Of a stretch of 64,000 bases of DNA, positions 1 through 14,052 are shown piece by piece. Location of the stretch: the NCBI RefSeq assembly GCF_009914755.1, contig NC_060928.1; one strand, 5' to 3'. How positions within the stretch are numbered: the first letter of the stretch is position 1; every line of letters begins with the position of its first letter. The notes beneath the pieces were generated by a model. That model had not been told where the DNA came from and searched no databases. It worked only from the letters and a program-made list of their open reading frames with translations. A program made the translations under genes and the position numbers. The DNA is from the human T2T-CHM13v2.0 reference genome, Homo sapiens.

Positions 1-540
1 TGGGAGAACCAATATGTAAGGAAAGGCAGACATGTGCAAGGAGATAGAGACTGAAGACACAGAGCCATTGGAGAGGAGCAGAAGCCAAGGATGCAGGGAT
101 ATCATAAGATGAAGAAGCCAAGTCTTATGATATAGCCTGAGAAAGGTCAGCATGAGCCCTCTGGGGGCCTTTGCAAGGGCAGTTCCCATGGGCTGGAGGG
201 GACAGGAGCCAGGATGCCCTGAGATGCAACCCGGGCTCGAGTGGAGGGTTTCTAGGGTCAAGAGGGAGAATCAAGGCCAAGGGAGCCTTTTATTTTAAGA
301 CAGGAAAGCCTCACACATGACTGGAGGTGTTTAAGAGTTGAAAATATAGGAGAGATAGGGGATTGAATACTCTATAAGACCTCATACAGGCAGGAGACTG
401 GCAACACATGTGGAGGTAATGGCCTGAGACAGAATGGGTGATGCAGCTTTGCCTGAGACTGAGCAAATACAGGGTGGGCAGGAAGACTCATCTGTGAGTG
501 TAGAGGATGGAAGTTGCATCATTTACCATACCTAAAAAGT
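1..540 (-). mobile_element. Old L2 LINE fragment
   Basis: Purine-rich degenerate similarity to antisense L2, as in the better copy at 27.2-29.5 kb. Confidence 0.45.
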
Positions 541-1231
541 TGAGGAAACCTTCTGTCTCCAAAAATAGGATAAAGGTTGTATAATTATGACATATTTACT
601 CAAAGAAACATTTTAACTCATTAAAAATAATAATTATGAAACTATTTGGCCATATTTAAAAGGCATTACAAACTGATATGAAGTGAAAAGGATGGAAGAT
701 TATAAATACAAGTTCTAGAATAAAAATATTAATACCAACTGTGAGGTATAACCATTAAGGTATAGAGGTTTTGTGGGTGCTTCTAGTGCATTTTTGTTTT
801 CTACAATTTTCTTAACTTCATTCTGAAAATTCTAAAAAACAGTTATAATTGGACTGACTCGACAGTCAAATTTTCCATCTGCAATAGTTCTCATTCTTTT
901 ACATGAATTTATCCAAGAATCAGAGCTTCAGGCAGCACTTCCCTCTAAAGATTTCCCTAGAAATCTTTCTCCCATTCTTCAAGTTAACGCATGATGAAAT
1001 CTTCTCTTCCGCCTCGTAAGTTTCTCCTCACCTTTTCCTTCACAGTCCTTCCCCTGGAGAATGTGAAGGTTGCCCTGGCATGAATACAAGTTTTTAGTCA
1101 GTGTGTCCAGAGACCCGTGGCCAAACCACTGGAAACCTGTTCTCACCATAGGGCAGGTGGCCGAGGTGCCAGTCAGCCCTGAAGTTAACCTATGTTCCAT
1201 TTGACACTTTGTTTAATAAATGGCTTTTATT

Positions 1232-1514
1232 TTATTTTGAGACGAAGTCTTGCTCTGTCACCCAGGTGACACTCCAGGCTGGAGTGCTCATCACAACCTC
1301 CACCTCCTGGGTTCAAGTGATTCTCCTGCCTCAGACTCCCAAGTAGCTGGGCTTACAGATTCATATCACCATGGCTGGCTAATTTTTAAATTTTTAGTAG
1401 AGACAGGGTTTCACCATGTTGGCAGGCTGGTCTTGAACTCCTGGCCTCAGGTGATCTGCCTGCACCCGCCTCCCAAAGTGCTGGGATTACAGGCGTGAGC
1501 CACTGAACCCAGCC
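1232..1514 (-). mobile_element. AluS-type SINE
   Basis: Antisense Alu dimer with a perfect 15-bp TSD taaatggcttttatt at 1217-1231 and 1515-1529. Confidence 0.97.
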
Positions 1515-1906
1515 TAAATGGCTTTTATTATTATAAAAGTGCCTAGCACATGGAAGAAGAAAAAAAAAAAAAAAAAAGGGTAATACTATGTCTTTTTACA
1601 AAACCAATACAATTACAATCAGGAACATAGATTTAGTCTCCAGAGTTAGCAGGCATAACAAGGTTGTTCTCAAGTCATCTTTTATTTTAGAGTCAGAACA
1701 CTGACTAACACTGACTAAACTAAACTGACTATGCCAGCTTGCGGATGTGTTATAGACCATATCAGCCAGCAGTGAGAATAAAACCCTATAGTGTCAGACT
1801 ATAAAGGCTATGACAAATTGGAGAGAGGAAGCATATGATAGAGACTTATGCAGGGAAATCTCCCTAGAGCAGGTCAAATATTGAGCTTGGCTGCAAAGAA
1901 GAGCAT

Positions 1907-2424
1907 TGTGACACTTGTTATCAATGGCACTAATTATCTTTTGAATATCTTTCCCACTTTCTGGTAATTTCCTACATTATGAGTCCCACCTCTTCAAGTT
2001 CTAAGCCAGAAAGCTTATCTTCCCAGGCTTCCTTGCAGTTAGGAGGTCAGCACATGACCTCAGCTCTGTCCATCAGACATGTTCTTTCTATCCGGAGGGA
2101 GCAATGTGAGGAAGGAGGTGCCACGCAGAATCAACTTCAGGGTGAGAATAGCAGCATGTGGCAGAGACACTTCAGCAGAGGGGCAGAGATCTTAGAAATA
2201 GTGCCCCGTATTCATGTATGGTGTCAATTGTGGTATCTGGGCCCCAATACCATGAGATCGCAGCTGTGAACCATGGAGGGGTGTGATGTGAGTGTTCCTG
2301 CTTGCATTATCCCTGAGCATGGCTCTCTGGACCTCCCAAAGACTCTGAAGGCAATGAATTAATGTTTTCTCTGTTTAAAACACAGTGGATTCTGTTGTTT
2401 GCAACTGAGATGCCGACTGATGCA
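1907..2424 (+). mobile_element. MLT1-family (ERVL-MaLR) solo LTR
   Basis: cccaggcttccttgcagttagg...catgacc and 3' end ttctgttgtttgcaactgaga...actgatgca are typical of MLT1. Confidence 0.65.
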
Positions 2425-5400
2425 AATGGGGAGAGTGCTTCCTTTGGAGCACAGCTCACACTTCACTTTGTTGTGTTGTGGGATAATATTTAGAAAAATG
2501 AACTGGGTTTTTATTCTCATATTCTTATTTACATGTGTGCCTTCCTTCTTCGTATTCCATCAAAAGTAGCACCAGTCAGTGTCCATTATTTTAGGGAAGT
2601 TATATGAAAAAAAAAAAAAAGGCCAAAAAAGTGTCTTTTTAGGTTTTCAGTGTTAAGATCCTAGGTTGTGAAAGAAATTGATAAGATTCAGCATAGATAA
2701 TAGACTGAGGAGAAAGCAAAATGGACAAAAGGAATTACACAGAGGTGCACACCTGCATGATAAAGATACTCCAATTTAAGAAATTGCAGTGAGTCAGAAG
2801 GAAAGTGAGGAGTGCGAAGAGGTGCAGTGTCTCTGAAAAAAGGCTCTGGGTTTGATTCTTGGAATGAGTCCCAAAGACACTTTGTTGGATCCAAGAGAAA
2901 GGGAGATTTATTCCTCTTCACCTGGATCAGAACCAGGGTAGCAGCAAGGTCTGAATATAGATATGGTTGTGGAGATGTCTCAGCAATCAGACTGAGACAA
3001 CCCACTGATTTCTTCAAGTCTGACTGCCTTGGTAGTATCAGAATGATACACATGTGTCATGAGTGGCCCAGGGGTAGAGGACAGAACTGCTGGCTTGAAG
3101 GACCCTTACTCAGGGCAATGAGACATCTCCAAGGCAACCTGTTCAGACCAATGACTGAGGATGAAACAGGATAATGGGGGTGTCTCTGTGGATGCTGGTG
3201 AAGATGGATGCCTGTGAAGACCAAATGGACCTGCCTCTCTAAAAAGCTTCCAGAACTTGTTCGTGACCCTGGGAAAATAAATGAGACAGACCACACAGGT
3301 ACAAGAAGGGCTTCAGACAAAAATAAAGGAATATTTCTTTCATTCCTTAGTTTGTGAGTTTGTGCACTGAACATTACATGGTAATTTGGGTGGGAAGGTA
3401 GAAGTGGAGTTAGCTGGCAAGTGTGGAGGCAGACGGCCAGACAAAACTTATGTTTCATTCCTAATCTAATGCCCTCATTTTACAAACCAGTAAATGGAGG
3501 GCCTGGGAGACGAAGCAAATTGTTCATAATCATATAGCAAACTAGAATTTGGGTCTTCTAACTTTCAAGCCCACACTGTCTCCCAAAATAGTTTGTTGAA
3601 GTTTTTCCAAAAGCTATAGAATGGGAGTGCCGTGCCCTAGGTTGTAATGAACCAAAACACTGAAGTTGAGACATTTCCCTAAAATGCAATTGCTTGGTGT
3701 TTCAGCCTTAAGGAAAAAGTCCTCCTGGGAAAGCAAAGCTAACAGTCTCTACACTTCATCCTTTAGTTATGTTTGAGGACAGGTAACCAGTGCATCGCAA
3801 TGGTTGGCCTGAGGAATTTTCATTTCTAGAGTATACTTGTATAAGGTTTGGTTCAAACAAGTGATGGCCTGGGCCTATGACTATCAACTAATTGTTTCAG
3901 CTCTGTGGCCATTTAAGAATAAACAAAGTTTATTCTTAAGACAGGACTGCTCTGAGAATCCCTGCTAATGAGTCTGTCTTGAACTCTTGATGCAAGTGAC
4001 ACAGGACCATTTAATAATCTAAATTATTGTGTTGCTTAGGACTATTTTAGTTGCAGTGACGGAAACCTGCCCTCAACTAGCTTAGGTAAGCCTATGAGCT
4101 TTTTACATGGCTGCTGGGCCTCACAGAACTTAAGCATAGATATGTGTTTGAACTCCAGGACACAATGGAACCAGAGATTTGAATGCCATCAAAAGCTCTA
4201 CCTCCATCTTTCATTTCCAAGCCACTGTGTTATTCTTAAGTTCTGTAATCCTAGAGATGGATTCAGCCCTGAGCTGACCACCTTGGCTAGAAAGGGTGAG
4301 TCACACTGGCGTACTCCTGCTTTTGCTTCCATTTAAGGATGAGGTAGGGGCAGAGAGGACCACTGTAGGCACCAAGTGCTAATTTTACTATTTATTAAGT
4401 ACAGGGCTCTGTGCTAGGTTCTGGGAGAGAAGGGAAGCAAGAGAATCGGAAAATTGAAGAACCAGATTCTTCTCTCACAGGGCCTCCCACATTAAAAGGG
4501 AAAATGACATAATATGGCCTGACAAGTGCCACCACTATGTTGGGTAGATAGAATGAAATCCAATCTTACACAGGGATTGGATTCTGAAGTTAGCAAGCCA
4601 GGCAAAAAAGTCCTATAGCCAACTATGTATGCCCTAAATACTTGAATCACACCCAACACAAGATATTAATGGCATAAGTGACAAGCAAGGACCAAAATTG
4701 ACTCAGACAACTGAGTTCCACATCACCTCTCATTCCAGGTTATATTGTTCACTGAATAGACTGGAAGTCAAAATCATCCACACTATTTATAGCAGTCTCT
4801 CTCCTCACTCTCTTTTACTACGTGCATGGAGTTAAATCCATAGGAGTTAAAAACATATGAGATGTGACTCATTAACTTGGCAAAGCCATACAGCATTGAG
4901 CTTGGGAACTAGGATCCAAGGCCAGGGGTGCGTAACTTTTCAGTCCACAATTCCGGCCTTTACACCAGGCAGTATTCCAAAGTTACCACATCTCCCATTA
5001 TCTAAGTCATTTAAAGCTGGAGGTTCTCTCTGGCTCTCCCTTGGGAACCCCTGACCCCCACCCCAGGAACAGTACAGAGCTCGGCTCAGGTGTGTCCACA
5101 TGAATTGGACTGGGATAGTCTGGGCTGAGCTGAAATGAGAGGTCATCTGGACGAGCACAGAGGGGCATTGACTCCAGGGCAGCTGGTGGGATGCCATTCA
5201 TTTTCCTAGGTTGTATATGCTATGAAGAGCTTATCAAGGGGATGTTTACAAATGGGGGACCTTGCTGTTTTTAACAGATTAACTGTAACATACTGGTTCA
5301 GTGACCTGACAGCCCATTTACATGAAGTATTAGTTTACACTTGACTCTTTCCCTGTACAGTAGGCAGATAGAGAGGCCACCGGGTTGACAGGGAGGAGGC

Positions 5401-6626
5401 TGGCCAAGCCCAGAGCTTCCATTAAGCAGTTAAGCATGGGCTCTTTGGAGTCTGGCATAGCCTTGAATACAGCCAGACCTCACACTTCACTCTTTCCTAA
5501 ATAGTGATAGAAAACCTTCCACCCAACCCTGCCTATGACCCTTTCTGAACAATTCGTGCCAAGGTTCCTGCCTAACAACCCAGAGGAACAGTACTGTTGT
5601 TGCTTTGATCATGTATTCAGGTCACAACCATGTCAGACAAGCCAGAGACTCCAGAGCAGGCCCATTACATTTTCTGATCTGGACTAAAAAAATTGGCCCT
5701 CCAGGAAGCTTTAGTTTTTTAGCTTTGCTTTCCCAGGAAGACTTTTTCCTTAAGGCTAAAACACCAAGCAATTTCACTTTGGGGAAGTGTCTCAACTTCA
5801 ATGCTTTGGCTCTTTGCAGCCTAGGGCATAGCGCTCCCATTCTATTGCTTTTGGAAGAACCTCAGTAAACTATTTTGGGAGGCAGTGTGGGCCTGAAAGT
5901 TAGAAGACCCAAATTCTAACTGACATCCATTGTGCCCTAATCTGTGTCAGCTGCTCTCATTTCCTTGATCTCATTTAATCTCAAAATTAAGAAGTAGGTA
6001 TTACTCTCTTGATTGTGTGGATAAGACAATGGAGGCTCAAAGAGATGATGTTAACCAAAATGGTGCAATGTACAGGTGGCAGAACTGGAATTCAGACTCA
6101 GATCAGTCAGATTTGAACACTTGTTCTTTTCACAATACCACATGGCCTAATCCAGATATCCTAAATTTTCTAGGAAAAGATGTTTGTTGTTTCCAGAATG
6201 CTTGTGGTAATTGGGCTGGCAGTGAAATCCACTAGGCAACTATTTTTAATCATCAGTGAGCATAAGAATCAACTAGGGATCTTGTGAAAAGTGCAAACTC
6301 CCAGAGATTTAGAGACTGTGGATTTGTAGTTTAGCCCAGGGATATGCATTTTCAACAATAAGCAGCTTCACTGATTCTAGTGCTGGTTGACTGGAAAGCA
6401 TTTCATTCCTTTAGGGGGTATCATTCACTCCAGGACTGTACGGTCTCAGTGGGAGAGGTTATCCATTCCTGTCCCATTGCTTCTTTCAGATTCTTTTGGA
6501 TGTTCACCCAATAGTCATGGTCCTCTTTCTAGAACGGCAATTTGGTCCAGATATCCTGTGGCCATGTGCTTCAGTGAAGGCTAAAATGCTCTCTCTCCCA
6601 GAAGGTGAAACTTGGATGGTCTAAAC

Positions 6627-6858
6627 CAATGGTTCTCAATGTTACATGCGCATCAGAGCTCCCCAGAGTGTACACATGTTCACACACACACACATACACA
6701 CACATGTGTGTACAAGGCCCCACCCAATTAAATGAAATTAAATTAAATCTAAATTTAATTTAACCCAATTAAATCAACCTCTAAGGGCAGAACCTAGACA
6801 TCTGTAATTATTTTAAAAGGTCCCCAATTTGTTCTCAGCTAGAATTGAGAATTTCTGG
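6627..6858. mobile_element. MER5A-like hAT-Charlie MITE with internal (CA)n
   Basis: Termini caatggttctcaa ... ttgagaatttctg and internal gcatcagagctccccaga. Confidence 0.65.
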
Positions 6859-7216
6859 CCCTGCCCATTTCCCTTACCACTGGTCTGGGATAAACATTTG
6901 ATAAAATTCTGGCCCAAAAAACTGATGAGAGATCTTCTGGAAGGTGGGGCTTTGGGGAAATTTATTTCCTGTCTTTGAAAGAGATGTGAGGATAGGATGA
7001 GCCATCTTTCCTCTTTCTGACCTTTGCATTTTGTGATGTAAAGATGTGATGCCTGGAGTTATTGCAGCCATCTTGGGATCATGAAGGAGCCAGCCTAACA
7101 GCCACAGGCTAAGGATGGCAGAAAAGAAAGGAAAGAAAATGGGAACTTGGTGGAATCTTTGGGCAGGTTAATTAAACAACTCTGGGATCATCTTACCCTG
7201 AACATACTTCTTATGA

Positions 7217-7601
<385 letters not shown>

Positions 7602-7789
7602 TAGCTACTCATGAATTTCACCTGCTTACTGCCTGCACTATTTCTAAGAGGAGCATAAGTACATCAGCAGCTGGGGCTCACAGAACAAGACGACCTAGAC
7701 TCAGTCTTGATGGCCAAAAAACTTTAAGTTCAGTGAACCCTGGGCATTGCCATTAAATAACTAGTTGCCTTGAGAATTATTCCAATAAT

Positions 7790-8020
7790 AACTGTGACAT
7801 TTATTATGCATTCACTTCATGCCAGGTATTATACAGTGCAAAGTGCTATAAGTAAGTCATCTCATTCCATCCTTAAAATTACCCAGGGAGATATGTATTA
7901 TTATCCATATTTTACACATTAGGAAACTGAGAACCAGAAAAGCTAAGGAATTTGGCCAAGGTCGTATAGCGCATGAGTGGCAGAGACAGGATGCTAACCC
8001 CAATCTGTCAGACTCTCAAG
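7790..8020 (-). mobile_element. MIR SINE
   Basis: ttattatccatattttacacattaggaaactgag...ccaaggtc core. Confidence 0.75.
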
Positions 8021-8444
8021 ATATTTCTTGTGGTGACCATGTTGTTTCATCTCCCTATGACTTATGAAGCTCTGTGTGTTCACACATTCACTGAAGTGCT
8101 TAACTATGCGAATAAAAGGCATTCATCATTGTAATCCCTAATGGAGATAACAGAAATATTAGCAAAGGCCGAAGTGAAAACAGTTCAAGTGAGGCCTAAT
8201 TTTTTACAACGCCAAGGAATGATTTACTTTATCACAGCAAAGAATTTTATTTGACAAATGCATACTTTATCATCTCTGGTCTGCTGAAAATGTAAGTTTA
8301 CATTTTCCTAGCCATAAAATTAAAATAATTTTGGCTCCAAAAATTGAAAAGAAATCCCATTCTAGGTTCAGGTCTTTCTCTGGAAATTTGAATGCTAAAT
8401 ATGGAGCCTGAAAAAATGCCATTTCTGTCAGGTAGGACAGACTC

Positions 8445-8650
8445 GAATCAGTAAGGTCAGGGTTCAAAATCTGGTTCTGGCTCTTGCTGACCGTGTGACC
8501 TTGGACACGACATTTCCCTCCACCAAGTCTCAGCTTCCTGATCTGTAACATGAGAATGACAACTCTCACTTCATGCCTGGGACGGGGATTAAATCAGATA
8601 CTCTGTGTAAGTTGCCTGGCAAATCAGGAGTGCTATCAAGGTTGGCTGTT
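8445..8650 (+). mobile_element. MIR SINE
   Basis: gggttcaaaatctggttctg...tgtgaccttgg...ctcagcttcctgatctgtaacatgag core. Confidence 0.8.
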
Positions 8651-10349
8651 ATTAAAATATATACAAAGGGTCCAGCTTGGAACCTGGCGCATAGCAGCTA
8701 CTTGATAAATCTTTCAGCCCTTCCCTCTATCTTCCCTTTTCTGTTCCTCATCTTCAACTGTCTTCAGGGGTGGGCCTCCAAAGACAGAACCCAAACCAAA
8801 CAGGATGAGGTCCTTCTGTACTTGGTTGTGAAAGGAGTAATGAGACAGCACCCACATCTTGGTTTGCTCTGCATTCTGGCAGCTTTCTACAGCATCATCC
8901 CTACACCCTGACCCAACATAGGGAAGCTAGCCATTCTGCTAGTGGGCCATCTGCCAAGTGGAAGACAAATTTGAGAAAAAGTCAGAGGATCAGAGTAAGG
9001 GACAGAAGGGGGAGAGTGGAGTGAGAAGAAATGGTTAAGTTGGCTCAAGAGCCAAGTGTCTCTGGGAAGCTGGAGAGAGATAATCTTCCACACCCAGGTT
9101 AGAGCGGATTTCCGCAAGGGAGGGAATATTTCAAGGGAATCTGGACTGCTAGTGAGAGAAGCAAAAGACAGGGCCTCAGCAAAGGATTTCCTATCCATAA
9201 TCAAGGGAGCCACGAGTTCTCAATTAGGGTTGTTTAGTCAAAACTGCACTCCAAGTCCCATTGAAAAAAGCAGACAGAAAAGACCAGCAGTTCACATACT
9301 TGTTTAGAACTGCTATGTTTCGAGGTCCTTCCCCCCATAATTAGAACTTCTCCTCAGCCCCATGAAGTTCTCAGGGCAGCCACCATGGTTATCATCCCCA
9401 TTTTATAGATTTGCCAACTGAAGCTCACTGCTGGCAATATGTTCTTGGTCAAGTAATGGAAAGGTAGATATAAAGATGAGTTTGTCCGGTGGTTCTTAAA
9501 AGAACCCAGAGCCCTGCACCCAGTGAGGATTCCAGGTGATTCTGATGACCAACCAGGTTTGGAGACCATTGATATCACTCAACAAACTAACTGCAGAAAG
9601 AAACAGAGCCTGACAGAGGTGGAAGAATCTGCCCAAGGTCACTCAAATGAGTGGCTGAGACAAGTTTAGTCCTTCTGCTTACTGTCTCCATGACAGAGCT
9701 CTTGCCAGCTCACTCCATGGGCTGTTTAGTTACTCATGACAACCTACAATATAGATAGGTTTTATTCATTCAATAAACCTTTACTGGGGACATCTTTGGT
9801 GCCAGGCGCCAGATTTTTGGCCTTAGTGAGTTCATGGTCTAAAAGAAAATGGGACAAGTAGCCTTATGGCTGCAGGATGGCATAACAGTGCTACCAGAGA
9901 AGGAGGTATGATATACAAGCAAGGGGGTGTAAGAGGGGTAACTTCTGACAAGCAGGCTTCAGAGGAAGGGAGAAAAACATCAGGAAAACAAAGCCTCCTT
10001 ATATGGAAGGTTGGTTACCTTTGTTTTAATAAGCCACTGGTGTGCTGTGACTTTATACAACTCAAGTTAGAATAAACGATTTTGAATGAAAGGTTTCTAA
10101 GGATATTTACTGGGTGTAAAAGAAACAATCTGACATTACTAAAATATGTTCAGACCAAAATAGAGGCACAAGAAGACGTCCCTCTAGGCATGGATCTTCA
10201 CTACCGTGCAAAGATCATATCTGCCTCTGCTCACAATTATTGACAAAAGTCAGTTCTCATTAGTGCCGTGTAGGAGACCAAACAAGTCAGCACACCCACT
10301 AAACTTTACATGCGGAATTTACTGTTTCTACTGTTGCCAAGGTCACAGG

Positions 10350-10910
10350 GAAGTGGACACTTTCATGTGCAATTAGCAATATAAGTTAGGACAATATTTC
10401 TGAAAGACAGTTTGGCAAAATTTATGAAGATATAAGATACTTTCAAAATACTCTTTGAACAAGCCATTCTACTTCTAGGAATTTATCCTGAGGGTAAATA
10501 TATAAAAGAAAATATAGAAAGATATACATAGGGTATTCAACAAAACATAGTTTCTAATAATAGTGAAAACTTGGGGACATAGGAGAATGATGAACTAAAT
10601 TATCATTAAACTATATACTTGAAAACCATTAAGTCAATAATAATGATGGATATGTATACTTAGGGATGTAGAAAAATGCTTGTATCACTCAGTGAAAAAA
10701 GCAAATTTCAAATTAGTTATTTAATATAATGCAACTTATGTGTAAATATAGCTTCCAGATATGTGTATTTATATCTAGAGAGAAACCTGGAAGATGGCTT
10801 TTAACCAAAACGTCAGTAATATTGAGCAGGAGAGGGGGTGATTCTAATTTATTTTTCTGTGTATTATTTTACAATATTTATGTAATCAGAACAAATAATA
10901 GGATTACTTT
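10350..10910 (+). mobile_element. Old L1M (L1ME-like) 3' fragment
   Basis: tttctgaaagacagtttggcaaa and attctacttctaggaatttatcct are typical of the L1M ORF2 end and 3' UTR. Confidence 0.6.
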
Positions 10911-11340
10911 CATTGGAGACTAAAATTTTTTTGTTCTTTATTTTATTCTTGAGCATAAAGTTTTCATTTTAGGAGACTAACATTTTTGAAGAAATTAGTC
11001 CTAAGCAACAGGAAAATTCAACCTGATTTAATGAGATTGAAAATATTCATTCTTTATTTTTATGGGCTCCTTTTCTAAATATATACTTGTGTAACAGATT
11101 TATATATTCAGTCATGAAAACAGTTTGTTCGTTCACTTGAAACTGTGTAATAAGCACTTACTCTGAACCTGACAGAGGGTCACTGCAGCATGAGGCGTAT
11201 AACGTGATGGGTGAGAAGTCAGGCAGACCTGGATTTGCATCCCTTTCCCATCACTCACCAGTTCACAACCTCAGATGGGCTATTCAGTTGCTCTGAGCCT
11301 CATTTTCCTCATCTGTCAGAGATAATACAAATACCCATGG

Positions 11341-11831
11341 TATTAGTTATCTATTGCTGTGAAGCAAATTACTCAAAGACTTAGGGGCTTACAACAACAA
11401 TGATCATTTATTATCTCATAGTTTCTTTGGATCAGAAATTTGGGGGGCAGTTCAACTAGTTCTGGGTCTTTGGTGAGGCTGCAGTCACATGAAGGCCTAA
11501 CTGGGGCCGGAAGATTTGCTTCCAAGCTGGCTGTTAACAAAGGACTGGCAAGTTGGTGGTAGCTGTTGGTGGGAGGTCTTCTCTCCATAGCAGTCTCCAC
11601 ATTGCTGCTTCAGTGTCCTCACAGCATGGTGTCTGGCTTTCCTCAGAAGGGGCAATTGAAGGGGCCAAGGAGGAAGTTGACAATGCCTTTTATGATCTCG
11701 CCTCGAAAATCACATACCACATCCGTTTCTATGGATGGCAGGTTAGTTCTGATTTAATGTGAGAGGGGATTCACAAAGGTGAATACCAGGAGGCAAGGAT
11801 CATTGGAACCATCTTGAAGGCTGACTACCAC
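11341..11831 (-). mobile_element. MLT1F-like LTR inserted in a MIR (MIR about 11190-11340, resuming about 11832-11890)
   Basis: tattagttatctattgctgtg...gtgaataccaggaggcaaggatcattggaaccatcttgaaggctgactacca. Confidence 0.8.
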
Positions 11832-13174
11832 CTATGTGAAATGAGAAAATGCTTACAAAGAGCTCAGTGCACCTGTACTGCACCCATAATAAATAAGCCA
11901 TACTGATGAGAAAGAGTGCATATAACTGTACTCAACAAATAGGTCCCAGATCCCTGCTCTTGTCCAACGTCCTGTTTTTTTCAGATGAGGAAACTGAGCC
12001 CAGAGAGGTTAAATGGTTTGACTAGTCACACATGGAGTTGGTTTTTGAGCTAGGAGAAAAAGCAGGTTTTCTACCTTGCCCTATCCAAGGTCTTTCTTCC
12101 CGTAGAGAAAATCTCTGCAAAGATGCAGACTGAGGAACCACTTGCTAGAGCAAAGTGCTCACCAGAGTTGAAGATGAACAGATGTTTTAGAAAGAAGGGT
12201 AGGGAAGATGTTAAGAAGATTCTGAATGTCAGGCTGAGGAATCTGTCTTCCTTTGATGGGAAAGGCAGTAGGGAGCTATTGAGGGGTTTTGAATGCAAAA
12301 GTGACCTAAACACAGCTGTGTATTCAGCAGATTGTGGAGGTCTCTAAAGAGAAAGGCTGTTGGAGAAGTCCAGGCATCTGGGGACACAAGCAGCAGTAGT
12401 GGGAAAGGAGAAGGGGCTTGAGAGTCACAGTATCTAGGAAACATATCCCTGTGTAACCTGTGGATTCCAGATTAATTAAGGATTAAGGGACCAAGTCAAG
12501 AGGCTTAGGTGAGGGCAGCTAAAGGCTGGTGTATAGGCTGTGCCAGTGATCTCTGCCCAGCCTACAGGCCTGAGTCAGCCTCAATCTACCATGTGGGAGG
12601 CCTAAGAACATTCAATATGACTTGGAAGAAGGGCTTTAAAACAAATAGTCTGCCTTTCCTCGTTTCCAGCTCTCCAGCATGAAAAACTGATGCTACAAAA
12701 GGCTAGGCAAAATGGAATGTATGTGCTTCTGAGCTCAGCCCAAAGGGCCCTCCTCTACTGAAAGGCTCACTTCCCAGGAGAAAGGATGCTATGATGTGAA
12801 GGTTGTTACACTCAAGGTTTTCTCTCCAAGCCTCACCTCCTCTATTAAATCTGTCCCCCTACTCTTTAGGTAGAACTGACCTGCTGTCTGCCCTGAATAC
12901 ACACACCACAGATGGATTCTCTCTTGATACCTCGAGTGCCACAATGCCCTGCTAACTTACCTGCTTCCTCCTCCAGCCCCAAATCTCCCTGAGGGTAGAC
13001 GCTGTGCCTCCCATGTTCCTAGGGCCTTCCTAGCCTGAACACTATGATTTTGCTCTCTGAAAATGTTAGACAAATACTTTTCTCTCCTAATTTCATCAGC
13101 TTTACATCCAGAAACAGGTTTACAGTCAGAAAGGTTGTAACCTGGGCTCCAGAGGGCTGAATCCAGTCCATCCA

Positions 13175-13403
13175 TAGGGCTACTACCATAGGGCTATGAA
13201 TCCAGTCCATCCATAGGGTCCTACCAACCGTAGGGCCACCAATGTTGTACTTTTATCACCCATTTTCCAGGACAATAAAATGCCTTGTTTTTAAAAAGAA
13301 ATAGTCAGACAATTTTCTAAAAGAAGGAAATAAAATGACTTGCGGAAGAAACATACTTTTTCTAACTGGCACAAAAGCTCTGTATAAGCTAGTCGTGGCC
13401 CTA
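13175..13403. mobile_element. MER91-like hAT MITE with an amplified left terminus
   Basis: Inverted termini tagggccac (13231-13239) / gtggcccta (13395-13403). 8-bp TSD-like tccatcca (13167-13174) / tccataca (13404-13411). Confidence 0.6.
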
Positions 13404-13559
13404 TCCATACATAGTTTTTAGCTGGTCAATATAACTTTAAAAACTGAATCAAAATGACTTTAGGCAGGGCACATGCTCTCCAGCTTGTCAATCCCCACCA
13501 CTCCCTATGGTCTTACACTCTTAACCTCTGTTATATTTATTTACCACCTAGCCCCGGAA

Positions 13560-13920
13560 GGCTTGTAAGTTTAAAACCCTGCAACATGATACGAAACCTC
13601 ATAAAGCAATCCCTTCCATCTTTGGGAAGCAACTGTTTTCAAGGTTCTTTATTAGGCTGAATGGAAATCTTCCCATAGCCTCTCTCTACCCCTCCTATTT
13701 CTGGGGTACTCTAGGTCCTATAGTACAAATACAATGTTTTTCTAAAGCGCACTCTCTTACTTATTTGAAGACTATCAGCAGAGTCTGTGTGAGGCCTTCT
13801 CTTTTCCATATTAAACATACTGTCTTCCTTCCACTATTTCCTATGACATTGAATCCCCTCACTATAATCTGAATGTGATTTATTATCCCCTTAAAGAGGG
13901 GCATCCATACAGGCATGGTC
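13560..13920 (-). mobile_element. L3/CR1 LINE fragment
   Basis: tatttgaagactatc...cttctcttttccatattaaacat resembles antisense L3. Confidence 0.55.
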
Positions 13921-13924
13921 TAAT

Positions 13925-14052
13925 CCCTTGCAATTCAAAGTGTAATCCAAAAGCCAGTAGCATTTGCATCACTTGGGAGCCTGTTACAAATGCACAACCT
14001 CAGACCCACCCCACACCTACTGAATCAAGATCCACAGGTGATTCATAGGCAC
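13925..14052. mobile_element. MER5A fragment
   Basis: gcatcacttgggagcctgttacaaatgca...ccccacacctactgaatca...caggtgattcat. Confidence 0.7.

Noticed and set aside
13154-13240. CRISPR-like repeat-spacer array
   Set aside because: Only two full copies, spacers built from the same motif, and a eukaryotic context with no cas genes.
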